Assembly (NCBI GenBank): GCA_049472235.1
Contig: JBLIRI010000003.1
Location: 1 to 43,967, forward strand
Origin: Thermoplasmatota archaeon
GTDB taxonomy: Archaea; Thermoplasmatota; Penumbrarchaeia; Penumbrarchaeales; Penumbrarchaeaceae
Direction of reading: 5' to 3'
Length of the DNA: 43,967 nucleotides
The notes under the pieces: model-generated
The model's input: the letters and a program-made list of their open reading frames with translations, nothing else
Told to the model about the DNA's origin: nothing
Databases searched by the model: none
Position numbers and translations under genes: made by a program
Shown: piece after piece, positions 1 through 9,109 of the stretch
Position numbering within the stretch: position 1 is the first letter of the stretch
Layout of the letters: the number at the start of each line of letters is the position of its first letter

Positions 1-165
1 GACGTCCGCAGAGTATCCGAGCTTGTTCATTCCCTTGATGAACTGATCCTCGGAGATCCTCTTCTCCTTGTACAAACCCAATAGCTCCTTCTTCTTCTGA
101 AGCTTCTTCAACCGGAGCTTGTCCTCCTTCGTGAGGCTCCTCTTTCCCGAAGGGTCCTGGGGCAT
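1..165 (-). CDS. Partial hypothetical protein (N-terminus; continues off the left edge)
   Basis: Read manually: ATG at 165 preceded by an AGGT RBS-like element; open to base 1: MPQDPSGKRSLTKEDKLRLKKLQKKKELLGLYKEKRISEDQFIKGMNKLGYSADV. The LYKEKRISEDQF segment loosely resembles a SHOCT helix pair. Confidence 0.7.
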   Translation of the reverse strand, partial: MPQDPSGKRSLTKEDKLRLKKLQKKKELLGLYKEKRISEDQFIKGMNKLGYSADV

Positions 166-222
166 CAACAAAATACCTGTTTCATGGGATAAGAACCTGT
201 CGTCATTATTATCCCCCGGCCC

Positions 223-1767
223 CTATTTCGGCCTGAGCCTGTCCCAGTCGCGCTTCCTCGACCTGACAACGAAGACCTCTTCCTCCTCCTCCCTTCGGAG
301 CTCCTCGTCCCCCTGGTCGAACCTTCTCCTGGAGAGGGCGCTCGCAACGGCAACGACCACCAGCAGGACCAGGGCCAGGACGATCAGCACGACCGGCCAC
401 CGCTCCTCCAGGATCAGTTCCCCCGCTTCCTCCCAGAAGCCTTTGCTTTGCCTGGCTTCCGGCTTCTTCACGCTCCAGCCGCTCACCTGGATCCCCGGAT
501 CATGGTGTATATTGTCTGCGCGGGGGTAGACGAAATGACCCGAAAGGGTCGCTCCGATCCCCGTCCTTGCCTTCAGGAAACTGTTCCTCCACACGGGATC
601 GAGGGGTCCTATCAGGGATATATTGGTGAACTGGGCCCTCGATCTCATTGTCCTGCCCCCTTCATCGTTGACCTCGCCCACCTCATCGTCCCAGAAATAT
701 CTCAGGAGCTCCCTCTGTCCGTTCCGCATCGAGACAGCACCGCTGCCCATCGTGTCCATTCTTTTCACGAGGACATCGTCCGATCCTTCGGTCCACAGGG
801 GCCTCTGCGTGCCCTCCGAATATGACGTCGAGATCGAGGTATCACCATAGAACCTGGAACGGATGAGCTCAAGAAGTTCCCTGCCGAGGGTAGCGTCGAT
901 CGTCCTGCCGACATGCAGGCCGAACTTGAGCATGAGGGAGGCCCTCGTATTGTCAGGGGCATAATCCCATCCGGTGATGATGTGGTCCATCTTCGTTGTC
1001 AGGTTGAGCTTCTCGAGCTCGTAGGCCTTCTCCTTTTCCATTCGTTGAACGGTCGAGGAGACGGCTTCCGTCCTGAGGTCCGCGAGCATCCTTTTTTCCG
1101 CGCTCAAACCTGCCTTGAGATGAAAGACGAACCTGATGCTCTCGACGAAGGTGGAAGGCCTCACTGATTCCGCTGTCATAGAAGCGGCATCCCTGGCCAC
1201 CCTGGTATAGGAGACGTTCCTTGCCTCCAGCGAGAAGGTCCACTCGATACCCTCTCTGGTTATCACGGGCTCCCTCTGCCGGAAAGACCATGCAAGCTCG
1301 AGAGATGCCGCCTTGATGATCCGGTCTCCGGAAGCCTGGTCAACGAAGGAGACCGTGGAGGACGGATCAAATATACCGTTGCGGTTCGCATCCTCGAACT
1401 CCACCAGGGAGTCGATCCGGTAGAGTGTGACGGATTCGCTCGTGATGGGCTTCTTGGTCCCGTTCTCCAGGATCATGTGGCCGAGGATGTCCATGCCCCG
1501 GGTTATCACAGTGATGGGGCCTCGGTCCGCCCTGGTGCCCCAGAGGAAAACAAGCGTCCCTCTCTCCCCGAAATCTATTCTGATGTAGGTTCCCCCGCCG
1601 AGGTCCCTTGTCTCTCCCCTGGTGATCTTGTGGGGTATCGAGGGGCGCTCGGTCAGGTCAATGCTGTCGAGGCGGTCCTGGGCGGAAACGACCGGGGAAA
1701 CGACCATGAAAAATGGAAGTGCAAGAATGAGAAAGGAAGCGGTTGCGGCGAACATCTTCTTCTTCAT
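223..1767 (-). CDS. Secreted, C-terminally membrane-anchored surface protein (514 aa) with a DxNxNG Ca-binding-like loop
   Basis: Signal peptide MKKKMFAATASFLILALPFFMVVSPVVSA; VEFEDANRNGIFD motif; beta-rich body; C-terminal TM helix WPVVLIVLALVLLVVVAVASAL followed by SRRR; GGAGG RBS upstream. Confidence 0.8.
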   Translation of the reverse strand: MKKKMFAATASFLILALPFFMVVSPVVSAQDRLDSIDLTERPSIPHKITRGETRDLGGGTYIRIDFGERGTLVFLWGTRADRGPITVITRGMDILGHMILENGTKKPITSESVTLYRIDSLVEFEDANRNGIFDPSSTVSFVDQASGDRIIKAASLELAWSFRQREPVITREGIEWTFSLEARNVSYTRVARDAASMTAESVRPSTFVESIRFVFHLKAGLSAEKRMLADLRTEAVSSTVQRMEKEKAYELEKLNLTTKMDHIITGWDYAPDNTRASLMLKFGLHVGRTIDATLGRELLELIRSRFYGDTSISTSYSEGTQRPLWTEGSDDVLVKRMDTMGSGAVSMRNGQRELLRYFWDDEVGEVNDEGGRTMRSRAQFTNISLIGPLDPVWRNSFLKARTGIGATLSGHFVYPRADNIHHDPGIQVSGWSVKKPEARQSKGFWEEAGELILEERWPVVLIVLALVLLVVVAVASALSRRRFDQGDEELRREEEEEVFVVRSRKRDWDRLRPK

Positions 1768-1781
1768 CCATTGCCTCCGAT

Positions 1782-1815
1782 AAAGGAAACAGGGGCGGGT
1801 CCGAAAACCCGCCCC
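1782..1815 (-). terminator. GC hairpin followed by a T-rich tract (terminator-like or transcript-processing hairpin)
   Basis: GGGGCGGGT (1792-1800) and ACCCGCCCC (1807-1815) form a perfect 9-bp stem; on the minus strand it is followed by TGTTTCCTTT; it lies between two co-oriented genes. Confidence 0.55.
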
Positions 1816-1829
1816 CCATCATAAGAATA

Positions 1830-3257
1830 TCATGCCCTACTTTTTAGTTGCCTCTCCATCTCTCCATTCTCTCCCTCGGGCACGGGTCTCCGGGGCTCGA
1901 TCCGATCGTTTTCGGTATCCTCTCTCCCGGGCCTTGCCTCTTGTGTTCCGCCGTTCCTTTCGGGATTCCCCTGGTTATCAGGAATCTCCGATCCGGGGCG
2001 CTTCTCCTCCCATATCTCCTTCTTCACTACCCTCTCGGGTATCCCGTCGGAATCCCGGTCTATCCACATGAAGAGCTTCCTGTGGACCTTGACGAGATCG
2101 ACCCTTCCGTCCGAGTCGCGGTCGATCCAGGACGTTTCGTTATGGGAGATCCGGACGAGCTCCGGCCTCATGTCATCATTGCGGTCCTTGAAGAGAAGGG
2201 ATGTCCGCGTGGCATTCCTGTGCTCGGGATGCCCGTCCGAGTCCGCATCCCTGGAACCGGACCTGACCATCGATATCCTTATCAGCTCCGGCCATCCGTT
2301 GCCGTTTCCGTCCCTGTAAATTCCCGACACGGATGCTCTCTCCCTGGTCTCCGGGTACCCGTCGGAATTGCGGTCGATGACCCTGCCGGAGGATGCCCTG
2401 GCACTGATCAGGTCCCACATGGGCCTTCCTCCGAGGTCCGTTCTTCTGTAATCCGCATTGTGGAACTTCACGAGCTCGGGGTTCCTGTCCAGCCTCAGGT
2501 TGACGACAAGGCGGGATCCGGTATGGAACTCCTGGACCTCCCAGCCGCCGTCGGAATCCCTGTCCCTTGCCCTTCCGGTCCACCTGAAGGAGCGTTCGAT
2601 CCTTGGAAGAGGGTCCGTGCTCATTCCGGCCTTGAAGAAATGGACGGCCGTCAGCTTTACCATCTCGGGATCCCCGTCACCGTCCCGGTCGACATATACA
2701 AGGGTGAACCCTTTCATCCATGAGATCCGGATGCTGGACAGGTTTGCCCGGTCCAGATGGTCCCCGATCTCCTCGATGGAAAGGTTGAGGTCCTCAACGG
2801 TCGCATTGCTCCCTCTCGAATAGTGCTTCCATATCACGAGCTCGGGATAGCCGTCCCCGTCGCTGTCCACTATCCTTGCCTCGCCGGTGGCATTGATCCT
2901 GGGAAGTGCGTTGTACATCCACTCCCCCGACGAGTTGGCGGTGAAGATGGTCTTCACACCCGGGAGCTTCTCCCATTCCGAGTGGGACCCGACGAAATCC
3001 CTTGTAAGGAACCCGTATGCCCTCTTGACAAGCGGCCCGAACCTGGGGGCCGTGGAAGAGGTGTTGACCGGACCATCGTCGATCTCTTCATCCACAGACC
3101 CGTCGAGTTCGAGATATCCATCAAAGTCGAGTTCTTCATACCCATCGGTCACTGCCTCCGGACCCTGGCCCTCATCCCCGAACACCATGGCGGTCGAGGT
3201 GACAAGGAGCGCCAGAACGAGCCCCAAGGCGCTTGCCGTCATCATTGCCTTGTTCAT
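1830..3257 (-). CDS. Secreted protein (~475 aa) with tandem 21-aa DxDxDGxPE repeats
   Basis: Likely start ATG 3257 (MNKAMMTASALGLVLALLV..., GGAGGT RBS upstream, TTTATATA box at 3318-3325) rather than 3383; signal peptide; repeat array; no C-terminal TM helix. Confidence 0.8.
   Translation of the reverse strand: MNKAMMTASALGLVLALLVTSTAMVFGDEGQGPEAVTDGYEELDFDGYLELDGSVDEEIDDGPVNTSSTAPRFGPLVKRAYGFLTRDFVGSHSEWEKLPGVKTIFTANSSGEWMYNALPRINATGEARIVDSDGDGYPELVIWKHYSRGSNATVEDLNLSIEEIGDHLDRANLSSIRISWMKGFTLVYVDRDGDGDPEMVKLTAVHFFKAGMSTDPLPRIERSFRWTGRARDRDSDGGWEVQEFHTGSRLVVNLRLDRNPELVKFHNADYRRTDLGGRPMWDLISARASSGRVIDRNSDGYPETRERASVSGIYRDGNGNGWPELIRISMVRSGSRDADSDGHPEHRNATRTSLLFKDRNDDMRPELVRISHNETSWIDRDSDGRVDLVKVHRKLFMWIDRDSDGIPERVVKKEIWEEKRPGSEIPDNQGNPERNGGTQEARPGREDTENDRIEPRRPVPEGENGEMERQLKSRA
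2034..2690 (-). repeat. Coding repeat array: 11 units at an exact 63-nt / 21-aa period
   Basis: Units begin DRDGDGDPE, GMSTDPLPR, DRDSDGGWE, NLRLDRNPE, DLGGRPMWD, DRNSDGYPE, DGNGNGWPE, DADSDGHPE, DRNDDMRPE, DRDSDGRVD, DRDSDGIPE; first codons of units 1 and 11 are 630 nt apart. Confidence 0.85.
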
Positions 3258-3372
3258 GTTTGCAACCTCCACAGGAGGCGTTCTTCCTCCTTGGAGGAGC
3301 ATTTCCACTGGAATCGATATATAAACTCGGAGCATTTTTTCCTTAAATCTATCAAAACCCGGCCTAGAAATA

Positions 3373-6330
3373 TCAGACCCCATCGCCCTCGGTGGCGGAC
3401 CTGTTCTCCTCGAGCACTTCCTTGACCTTCCTCAGGTCAAAGGCCACAAGATGGTCAGGTATGGTCGTGATGGTCCTTTCGTACTCGGAAAGGTCGCTCC
3501 TGCATCTCTTAAAAGCCTCGCGGGCCTTCTTCTTCTTTCCCCTGTCCCTGTAGTGTATTCCGAGCAGCAATTGGGTGTGGAGTGATCCCTCGATGGCGTT
3601 ATCGAACCTGTTGGGGTCCCCCCCCGTCTCCCTGATGCTCCTCAACTGGAGGTCCGCTAGCTCCCGGTAGCTTTCGATCAATCTCTCGAGCATCCCCTCC
3701 CTGGGGTCGTCCATCCTGGGATCGAGAAGGGGCAGACCTGTGGCACGGAACAGGTTCGCCCTCTCGGAGATACCAACGTTCTCCTCCAGAGCCACGGCCT
3801 GCTCTAGAAGGTCCACGAGGTTGAGAAGGTGCTCTTCCCTGTTCACGAAGGAGCCTTCCTTCGAGGTCCTTTCCAGTTCAGAGAGGGTCTCCCAGGCAAG
3901 CTGCAGGCAGGAGCATGCAAGCTCCCGGTCCTCATTCCTCCCGGCGATGTCGTATTCCCTCGCTATCGAAAGGTATCCCTTGACCACCATTCCACGGTCC
4001 TCGGGCGGGACCTGCGTGCATATGGCCCTGACCCTTTCAAGCGAGGTCCTGTCTGGGAGATCGTCGGAGAGCATGATGTCCTCGAGCTCTATCAGCGCAA
4101 GCAATCTTCTGTCTCCGATGGACCGCGAGACCTCCTTCGCCCTGTTCAGGCATTTTTGAGCCCCCTCCTCCCTGCCGATGGCCTTTGCCGACCTGAACGC
4201 CTGCAGGCAGGCATATACCTCGCCCACCCTGTCCAGGGCCTTCTCGTACTCTGACGCACTTCTGATGGCCTCCCTGTAGGCTTTCTGGGTTTCTCCCATC
4301 AGGTGGAGCGTCTTTGAGAGATGCAGTCTTTCCTTTGCGGCCCCTACCATGTCCCCCAGGGCCCCGTAGGTCTCGATGGCCTTGTTGTGAGCGGAGATCG
4401 TCTGTTCGTACCTTTTCTGGGACCTCGAGATCTTGCCCCTGATGTGTTGGAACAATGCAAGGTCCTTTCCCTTGATCCTGTTCTTCGGATATGTCGCCTC
4501 TATCAGATCGAGGGTCCTTGAAGCGGAAACCATCTCTCCCTCGACGGTTTCGATCATCGCCTTCTGCATCCGGAGGGCAAAGAGGTGTTCATCCGACAGC
4601 CGGGAGCGTTCCAGTTTGAGGATCGGACCCAGCAGTACCTTTCCCCTACCCACTCCGGACATCGTGTTCAGAAGCATCACGGTGGAGAGCGCGAGCTCCT
4701 TTTCCCCGGTCTCGATGAACCTCCCGACGGTCATGTCCAGGTAGCTCTTGAACAGGTCCCGCAGAGCGGGCTCGTCCTCGTAGACGATGGCCGAGTAATG
4801 CTCCACGATCAGGGAAGAAACTCTGTCCGATGCCCCTATCTCCCTCAATCTGTCCGGCCCGAGGAGTTCCGGACCGTCGGCCCATATCCTCAATATTACA
4901 GCCAGCTGGTAAGCGGTGATCTCATCCAGGACCCTTCTCCTTTCCTCGGTCGGAATGGTGGTCTTGAGGTGGTCGGAGATGATATCATGGATGAACAGCA
5001 GACCGCCCCTGATCTCTCTGAGCAACCCCTTCCTCTCAAGAATGTCGATGTCTTCCGATGATGTCCTGCCGACGAGGGAGCGGTGGACGGGGACGCCGGC
5101 GAGAGCCGCGAGCTTCAGCACGTTCTTCTGTTGGGGCGGGAGGGGGGCAAGGACCTCCTGGTCCAGGAACTCTCCGAACCGGGTCCTTCCGGCTGCACCC
5201 ATCGCGCTCGTTATCAGCTCGATATGAAGCGGGTGCCCCTTCGTCATGTCCCATACCGCGCCTATGTCTCCGCCCTTCCCCGTCTCCTTGATCATCAGTG
5301 CCACCGACTTCAGGTCCAGACCCTTCAGCTCGAGGGTCCTGACACTTCCCTGAACCTCGTATCGCGGGTCCAGGAAAGAAGGGCGCTCCCTGGTCAGAAT
5401 GATCACCTTCAGCCCCGGGACCTCCATTGAGGTCTTGCAGAGCCCTTCCATGTAAACGTCAAGTCCTCCCCCGGTCTTCTGCAGGTCATCTATTATCAGC
5501 GTCAATCCCTTTGCGGAGGATGCCACCGATCTGATCCTGCGGGCCAGCTGCCCCGGGGAGACATCATCCTTGAGAAGTTCCATTGCATCCTCCTCGAATC
5601 CCATCTGGGACAGGACCCAGGAGATCTCGTTTGCAAGCTCCACCCTGTCCGTCCAGGGTTCGCAGCGAATGTACCCGGTCTTCTGGGTCGATTCCGACAT
5701 TCCCTTGAGCACGAGAGATGTCTTCCCCATGCCTGCGAGCCCCCATATGATGAGGACCCCGGACCTGGACCGGAGATAATCCTCGATGAAGGAGAGCTCT
5801 TCTTCCCTCCCGAAGAAGTGGACGGGCATCTGGTAGTTCCCGAAAAGCGAGGGCCCTTCTCTCAACGGCTCCCAGCCTGGGGTGAGATCGACGGGCTGGT
5901 CCTTCTTGCTCCTGTGAAGGTACAGCTCCGCCAGGGTTAGCCCGATCCCCGCTTCCCTTGCTTTCCTGTATGCGCGCAGAAGGGGGGCCCTGCTCATCTC
6001 CCCGTCCACAACGACCATTATGGACAGCTGCTCGAGTTGCGCCCTCAAGCCTTCGACCACCCGCTCGCCTTTCTGGGTCAGGAAATATGCCTTCTGCCTT
6101 CGTTTCTCTCCCTTCACGTGCTTGAGGGTGGAATCCACGAGTTCGTCCGCGGTCAGCCGCTTGAGGGAGCGCGAAACGTTGTTCTCGAGGATGCCCAGCC
6201 TCTTGGCAAGCCCCTTCTGGGACACTTCCTGGGGGACGTCCCAGAGGTCCCTTTTCCCCGAGAATTCCGAGAGGAAGAGAAGGATCTGCTCGTCCGAGTG
6301 TAGCTTAGTTCGCTTGATGCCTGCCTTCAA
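3373..6330 (-). CDS. wHTH (MarR-like) + STAND/NB-ARC-type NTPase + TPR transcriptional regulator (~985 aa)
   Basis: N-terminal SQKGLAKRLGILENNVSRSLKRL...KAYFLTQKG winged HTH; FFGREEEL, Walker A GLAGMGKT, Walker B LIIDD, sensor ILTRE, GHPL motif; helical TPR-like C-terminal half. TTG at 6330 with an AGGTG RBS is preferred over GTG 6363, which overlaps the upstream gene. Confidence 0.85.
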   Translation of the reverse strand: MKAGIKRTKLHSDEQILLFLSEFSGKRDLWDVPQEVSQKGLAKRLGILENNVSRSLKRLTADELVDSTLKHVKGEKRRQKAYFLTQKGERVVEGLRAQLEQLSIMVVVDGEMSRAPLLRAYRKAREAGIGLTLAELYLHRSKKDQPVDLTPGWEPLREGPSLFGNYQMPVHFFGREEELSFIEDYLRSRSGVLIIWGLAGMGKTSLVLKGMSESTQKTGYIRCEPWTDRVELANEISWVLSQMGFEEDAMELLKDDVSPGQLARRIRSVASSAKGLTLIIDDLQKTGGGLDVYMEGLCKTSMEVPGLKVIILTRERPSFLDPRYEVQGSVRTLELKGLDLKSVALMIKETGKGGDIGAVWDMTKGHPLHIELITSAMGAAGRTRFGEFLDQEVLAPLPPQQKNVLKLAALAGVPVHRSLVGRTSSEDIDILERKGLLREIRGGLLFIHDIISDHLKTTIPTEERRRVLDEITAYQLAVILRIWADGPELLGPDRLREIGASDRVSSLIVEHYSAIVYEDEPALRDLFKSYLDMTVGRFIETGEKELALSTVMLLNTMSGVGRGKVLLGPILKLERSRLSDEHLFALRMQKAMIETVEGEMVSASRTLDLIEATYPKNRIKGKDLALFQHIRGKISRSQKRYEQTISAHNKAIETYGALGDMVGAAKERLHLSKTLHLMGETQKAYREAIRSASEYEKALDRVGEVYACLQAFRSAKAIGREEGAQKCLNRAKEVSRSIGDRRLLALIELEDIMLSDDLPDRTSLERVRAICTQVPPEDRGMVVKGYLSIAREYDIAGRNEDRELACSCLQLAWETLSELERTSKEGSFVNREEHLLNLVDLLEQAVALEENVGISERANLFRATGLPLLDPRMDDPREGMLERLIESYRELADLQLRSIRETGGDPNRFDNAIEGSLHTQLLLGIHYRDRGKKKKAREAFKRCRSDLSEYERTITTIPDHLVAFDLRKVKEVLEENRSATEGDGV

Positions 6331-6341
6331 TGGAACACCTT

Positions 6342-7304
6342 TCAAACCCGTTTTTCCAGCCACCTCGAGGTCTCTCTCAGGCCTTCCCTGAGCTCCGTTG
6401 CATCCTCCTGAAAGAGCTTTTCCCTGAGCGATCCGACGTCGGCAACGGACCTGACGATCTCCCCCTTCCTTTCCGGAAGATACACCTTTTTCAGCTCCTT
6501 TCCCGATATCCTGGCAACCGCATCTGCAAGTTCGTTCACAGTGGTTTCCCTTCCGGTCGCCACGTTCAGCGTCCCGGTGAGGTCCGAGGAAGCGGCCTTG
6601 ATCAGGACCTCGGCCACGTCCTTGACGAATATGAAGTCCCGTGTCTGCTCGCCGTCACCGTAGATCAACAGCGGCTCCCCTTTGACGGAGCGGTGGATGA
6701 ACTTCGATATCACCCCGCAATATGGATTGTCGGGGTCCTGCCTGGGGCCGAAGACATTGAACAGCCTCGCGGCGACGTACTTCAACCCGTACTGCTGGCG
6801 GTATATCTCCATCAGACGCTCCGAGGCCATCTTGTGAAGGCCGTAGGGGGACATCGGCTCAAGCGGGGCCCCTTCATCTGTGGGAAGCCGGTCCGTGTCC
6901 CCGTAGACGGCGGCAGAGGATGTGAAAACGACCTTCCTGGCCCCGGACCTTGCCGCGTGGTCCAGGACGTTCATGGTTCCCAGATAGTTGACCTCGAGAT
7001 CGAGCCTGGGATCCAGGAAGGATGAGGTCACGTCCACCCTTGCCGCGAGGTGGAATATGGTCGAGATCGGTGGCCCGCCCCCGAGTTTTGAGGGGGTAAG
7101 CGCATGGTCGAGAGGGACCCTGATGTCTCCCTGGATGAACCGGAAGTTGTCCTCCGAGAGCCAACCCTGGATGTTTTCCATCTTCCCTGTGGAAAGGTCG
7201 TCCAGGACATAGACGATGTGACCGGTCTCCATGAGCAGATCAACAAGATGCGAACCAATGAAACCGGCGCCGCCAGTTACGAGGACTCCCTGTTCCCTCA
7301 TCAT
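6342..7304 (-). CDS. NAD-dependent epimerase/dehydratase (UDP-glucose 4-epimerase-like extended SDR)
   Basis: VTGGAGFIGSHL Rossmann motif, HLAA, SSAAVYG, catalytic YGLHK (YxxxK), RLFNVFGPRQ, GDGEQTRDF. Confidence 0.92.
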   Translation of the reverse strand: MMREQGVLVTGGAGFIGSHLVDLLMETGHIVYVLDDLSTGKMENIQGWLSEDNFRFIQGDIRVPLDHALTPSKLGGGPPISTIFHLAARVDVTSSFLDPRLDLEVNYLGTMNVLDHAARSGARKVVFTSSAAVYGDTDRLPTDEGAPLEPMSPYGLHKMASERLMEIYRQQYGLKYVAARLFNVFGPRQDPDNPYCGVISKFIHRSVKGEPLLIYGDGEQTRDFIFVKDVAEVLIKAASSDLTGTLNVATGRETTVNELADAVARISGKELKKVYLPERKGEIVRSVADVGSLREKLFQEDATELREGLRETSRWLEKRV

Positions 7305-7328
7305 CTCACCAGGCCCGAGATTATCGTT

Positions 7329-7342
7329 TTACAACGTTGTAA
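7329..7342. promoter_or_regulatory. Perfect 14-bp palindrome TTACAACGTTGTAA in a divergent promoter region
   Basis: Directly visible; 25 nt upstream of the epimerase start; same half-site as the grpE operator. Confidence 0.45.
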
Positions 7343-7460
7343 CCATATCAATGTTCATTAAATGAACCCTCTCAAAAGGTGTAAGTAGTCATTATTACCT
7401 TATTGGTATAGGGTCGAGTTCCTTCCGGGAGAGTTAGCCGGATCATCCGAAGTGGTGATA

Positions 7461-8021
7461 ATGGAGAACAAGGGAGATGGTCTGCTATCGCTCTTCAAGA
7501 GCGACATCAAGGGGTACGTTGTCTATCCTTATACGGGAGCGGTCATGTCCAGGAAGGACGTCCTCGATCTTTACCAGTATCTCGCTGTGAAGCATGTTGA
7601 GGACCCTGAGGACAAGTGGTCCTGTGAGATGCTGCTCCAGTCAAAGTCTCTCCTTTCCATCCCGGACGACCTGCACCATGACCTCCTGCAAGAGCTGAAG
7701 AGCAGTGGTACGGACGAGCTCCATATAGGTTACAAGCGCCCCATACTCGAGGAGGTCGAGACGCTCAGATTTTTCAGGAAGGGCTTCTGCCCGGGGGGCG
7801 CCGAAAGGAGCGATAGGGAAGTTCCGGAAGCGGGTCCCGGTATGGAATTCATCAGCGATATCCTAGAGTTGGAGAGGGGTTCCCTCCTCTTTGAGATGGA
7901 GGACGATCCCATCGACCTTGGGGATGATTCCGCTATGTCCAGCGGGTTCATGGTCGGAAGCGATCACTCTGTAATGGACGATATGCTGTCACCCGACAGA
8001 AAGGGACCTAAGAAGAGATAG
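7461..8021 (+). CDS. Hypothetical acidic protein (~186 aa)
   Basis: ATG 7461 after a GGTG RBS-like element; fills the gap between two clear genes; 3' end overlaps the convergent nfo end by 33 nt; no family recognised. Confidence 0.6.
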   Translation: MENKGDGLLSLFKSDIKGYVVYPYTGAVMSRKDVLDLYQYLAVKHVEDPEDKWSCEMLLQSKSLLSIPDDLHHDLLQELKSSGTDELHIGYKRPILEEVETLRFFRKGFCPGGAERSDREVPEAGPGMEFISDILELERGSLLFEMEDDPIDLGDDSAMSSGFMVGSDHSVMDDMLSPDRKGPKKR

Positions 8022-8846
8022 CTCCCTGGCATAGTTCTCATCCCCGCCAGGGGTCTCAAGGACCATCGGAATGCCGGCGAACCTCCCATCCTTCACCAGC
8101 AGGGAGAAACCCCCGATCCCGATCTCTCCCTCCCCTATCCCTGCATGCCTGTCAACCTTCGACCCGCTCGATCGAAGTGAATCATTTATATGAAATGCCC
8201 TGAGGGCCCCGAGGCCAAGGATATCATCGAAGTTCCGCATCGTTCTCTCATATCCCGCTGGTTCCGAGATGTCATAGCCCGCAGCGAACACGTGGCAGGT
8301 ATCCAGACAGACCCCGATCCTTTCGGGCATGGAAGCCCCGTCCCTGATTTCCGCAAGCTCCTCGAAACTGCCCCCAAGACCGGAGCCCTGCCCCGCCGTG
8401 GTTTCCAGGAGGACGGTCACCCTTTCCCCGCTTTCAACATCATCGAGTCCGGAGAAAGAAAGCTCCAGCCCTTCGATCACCCTTTCGATCCCTTCCTTGA
8501 CCCCCGAGCCGAGATGGGACCCCGGATGGGTCACAAGATAGGGTATCCCGAGCATCGAACAGCGCATCAGCTCAACTTTGAACCCTTCAACGGACCTCTC
8601 GAACGCTTCCTTTCCGGGGGCCGCGAGGTTTATCAGGTAGGGATCGTGGGCCAGGACCGGCCCGATACCGGAAATGGAAAGCTTCTCTTTGAAAAGCCTG
8701 ACCTCTTCATCCTTCAGTGGAGGGGCGCTCCACTGCCTTTGGTTCCTTGTGAAGATCTGGAAGGTATCGCAGCCAAGTTCAAGGGCCCTGGCTACGCTGT
8801 TGTGAATCCCACCGGCGATGCTGACGTGGGCTCCGAGAATGGGCAT
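7989..8846 (-). CDS. nfo: Endonuclease IV (AP endonuclease)
   Basis: MPILGAHVSIAGG start, QIFTRNQRQW, HDPYLINLA, HPGSH, LLETTAGQG, CLDTCHVFAAGYD, HINDS, DRHAGIGEG, LETP metal-ligand motifs. Confidence 0.95.
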   Translation of the reverse strand: MPILGAHVSIAGGIHNSVARALELGCDTFQIFTRNQRQWSAPPLKDEEVRLFKEKLSISGIGPVLAHDPYLINLAAPGKEAFERSVEGFKVELMRCSMLGIPYLVTHPGSHLGSGVKEGIERVIEGLELSFSGLDDVESGERVTVLLETTAGQGSGLGGSFEELAEIRDGASMPERIGVCLDTCHVFAAGYDISEPAGYERTMRNFDDILGLGALRAFHINDSLRSSGSKVDRHAGIGEGEIGIGGFSLLVKDGRFAGIPMVLETPGGDENYARELSLLRSLSVG

Positions 8847-8878
8847 GGATGATCGGACCGGGCATCTATGTTCATGGA

Positions 8879-9037
8879 TCAGATCTGCTCGAACATGTCC
8901 TTTCCGACACCGCAGACGGGGCACTGCCAATCATCTGGCAGGTCTTCGAATGCAGTACCGGGTTCAATGCCGCCGTCATCATCGCCCTTGGCCGGGTCGT
9001 AAATATAACCACACGCGATACATCTCCATTTGTCCAT
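8879..9037 (-). CDS. Rubredoxin (52 aa)
   Basis: [15 protein letters not shown]...[20 protein letters not shown], two CxxC knuckles; GAGGT RBS before ATG 9037. Confidence 0.96.
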   Translation of the reverse strand: MDKWRCIACGYIYDPAKGDDDGGIEPGTAFEDLPDDWQCPVCGVGKDMFEQI

Positions 9038-9109
9038 AGTAAATACCTCATGGAACCAATATGTCCGCTTGGTTATCATTCAATGGATAGATATCATTTT
9101 TCCCCGCCC

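Noticed and set aside
3373-6330. Avs-type antiviral STAND defence system
   Set aside because: The N-terminus is a winged HTH rather than a nuclease, protease or TIR/SIR2 effector, codon usage is host-like, and no defence-island context is visible; a transcriptional regulator is the simpler reading.
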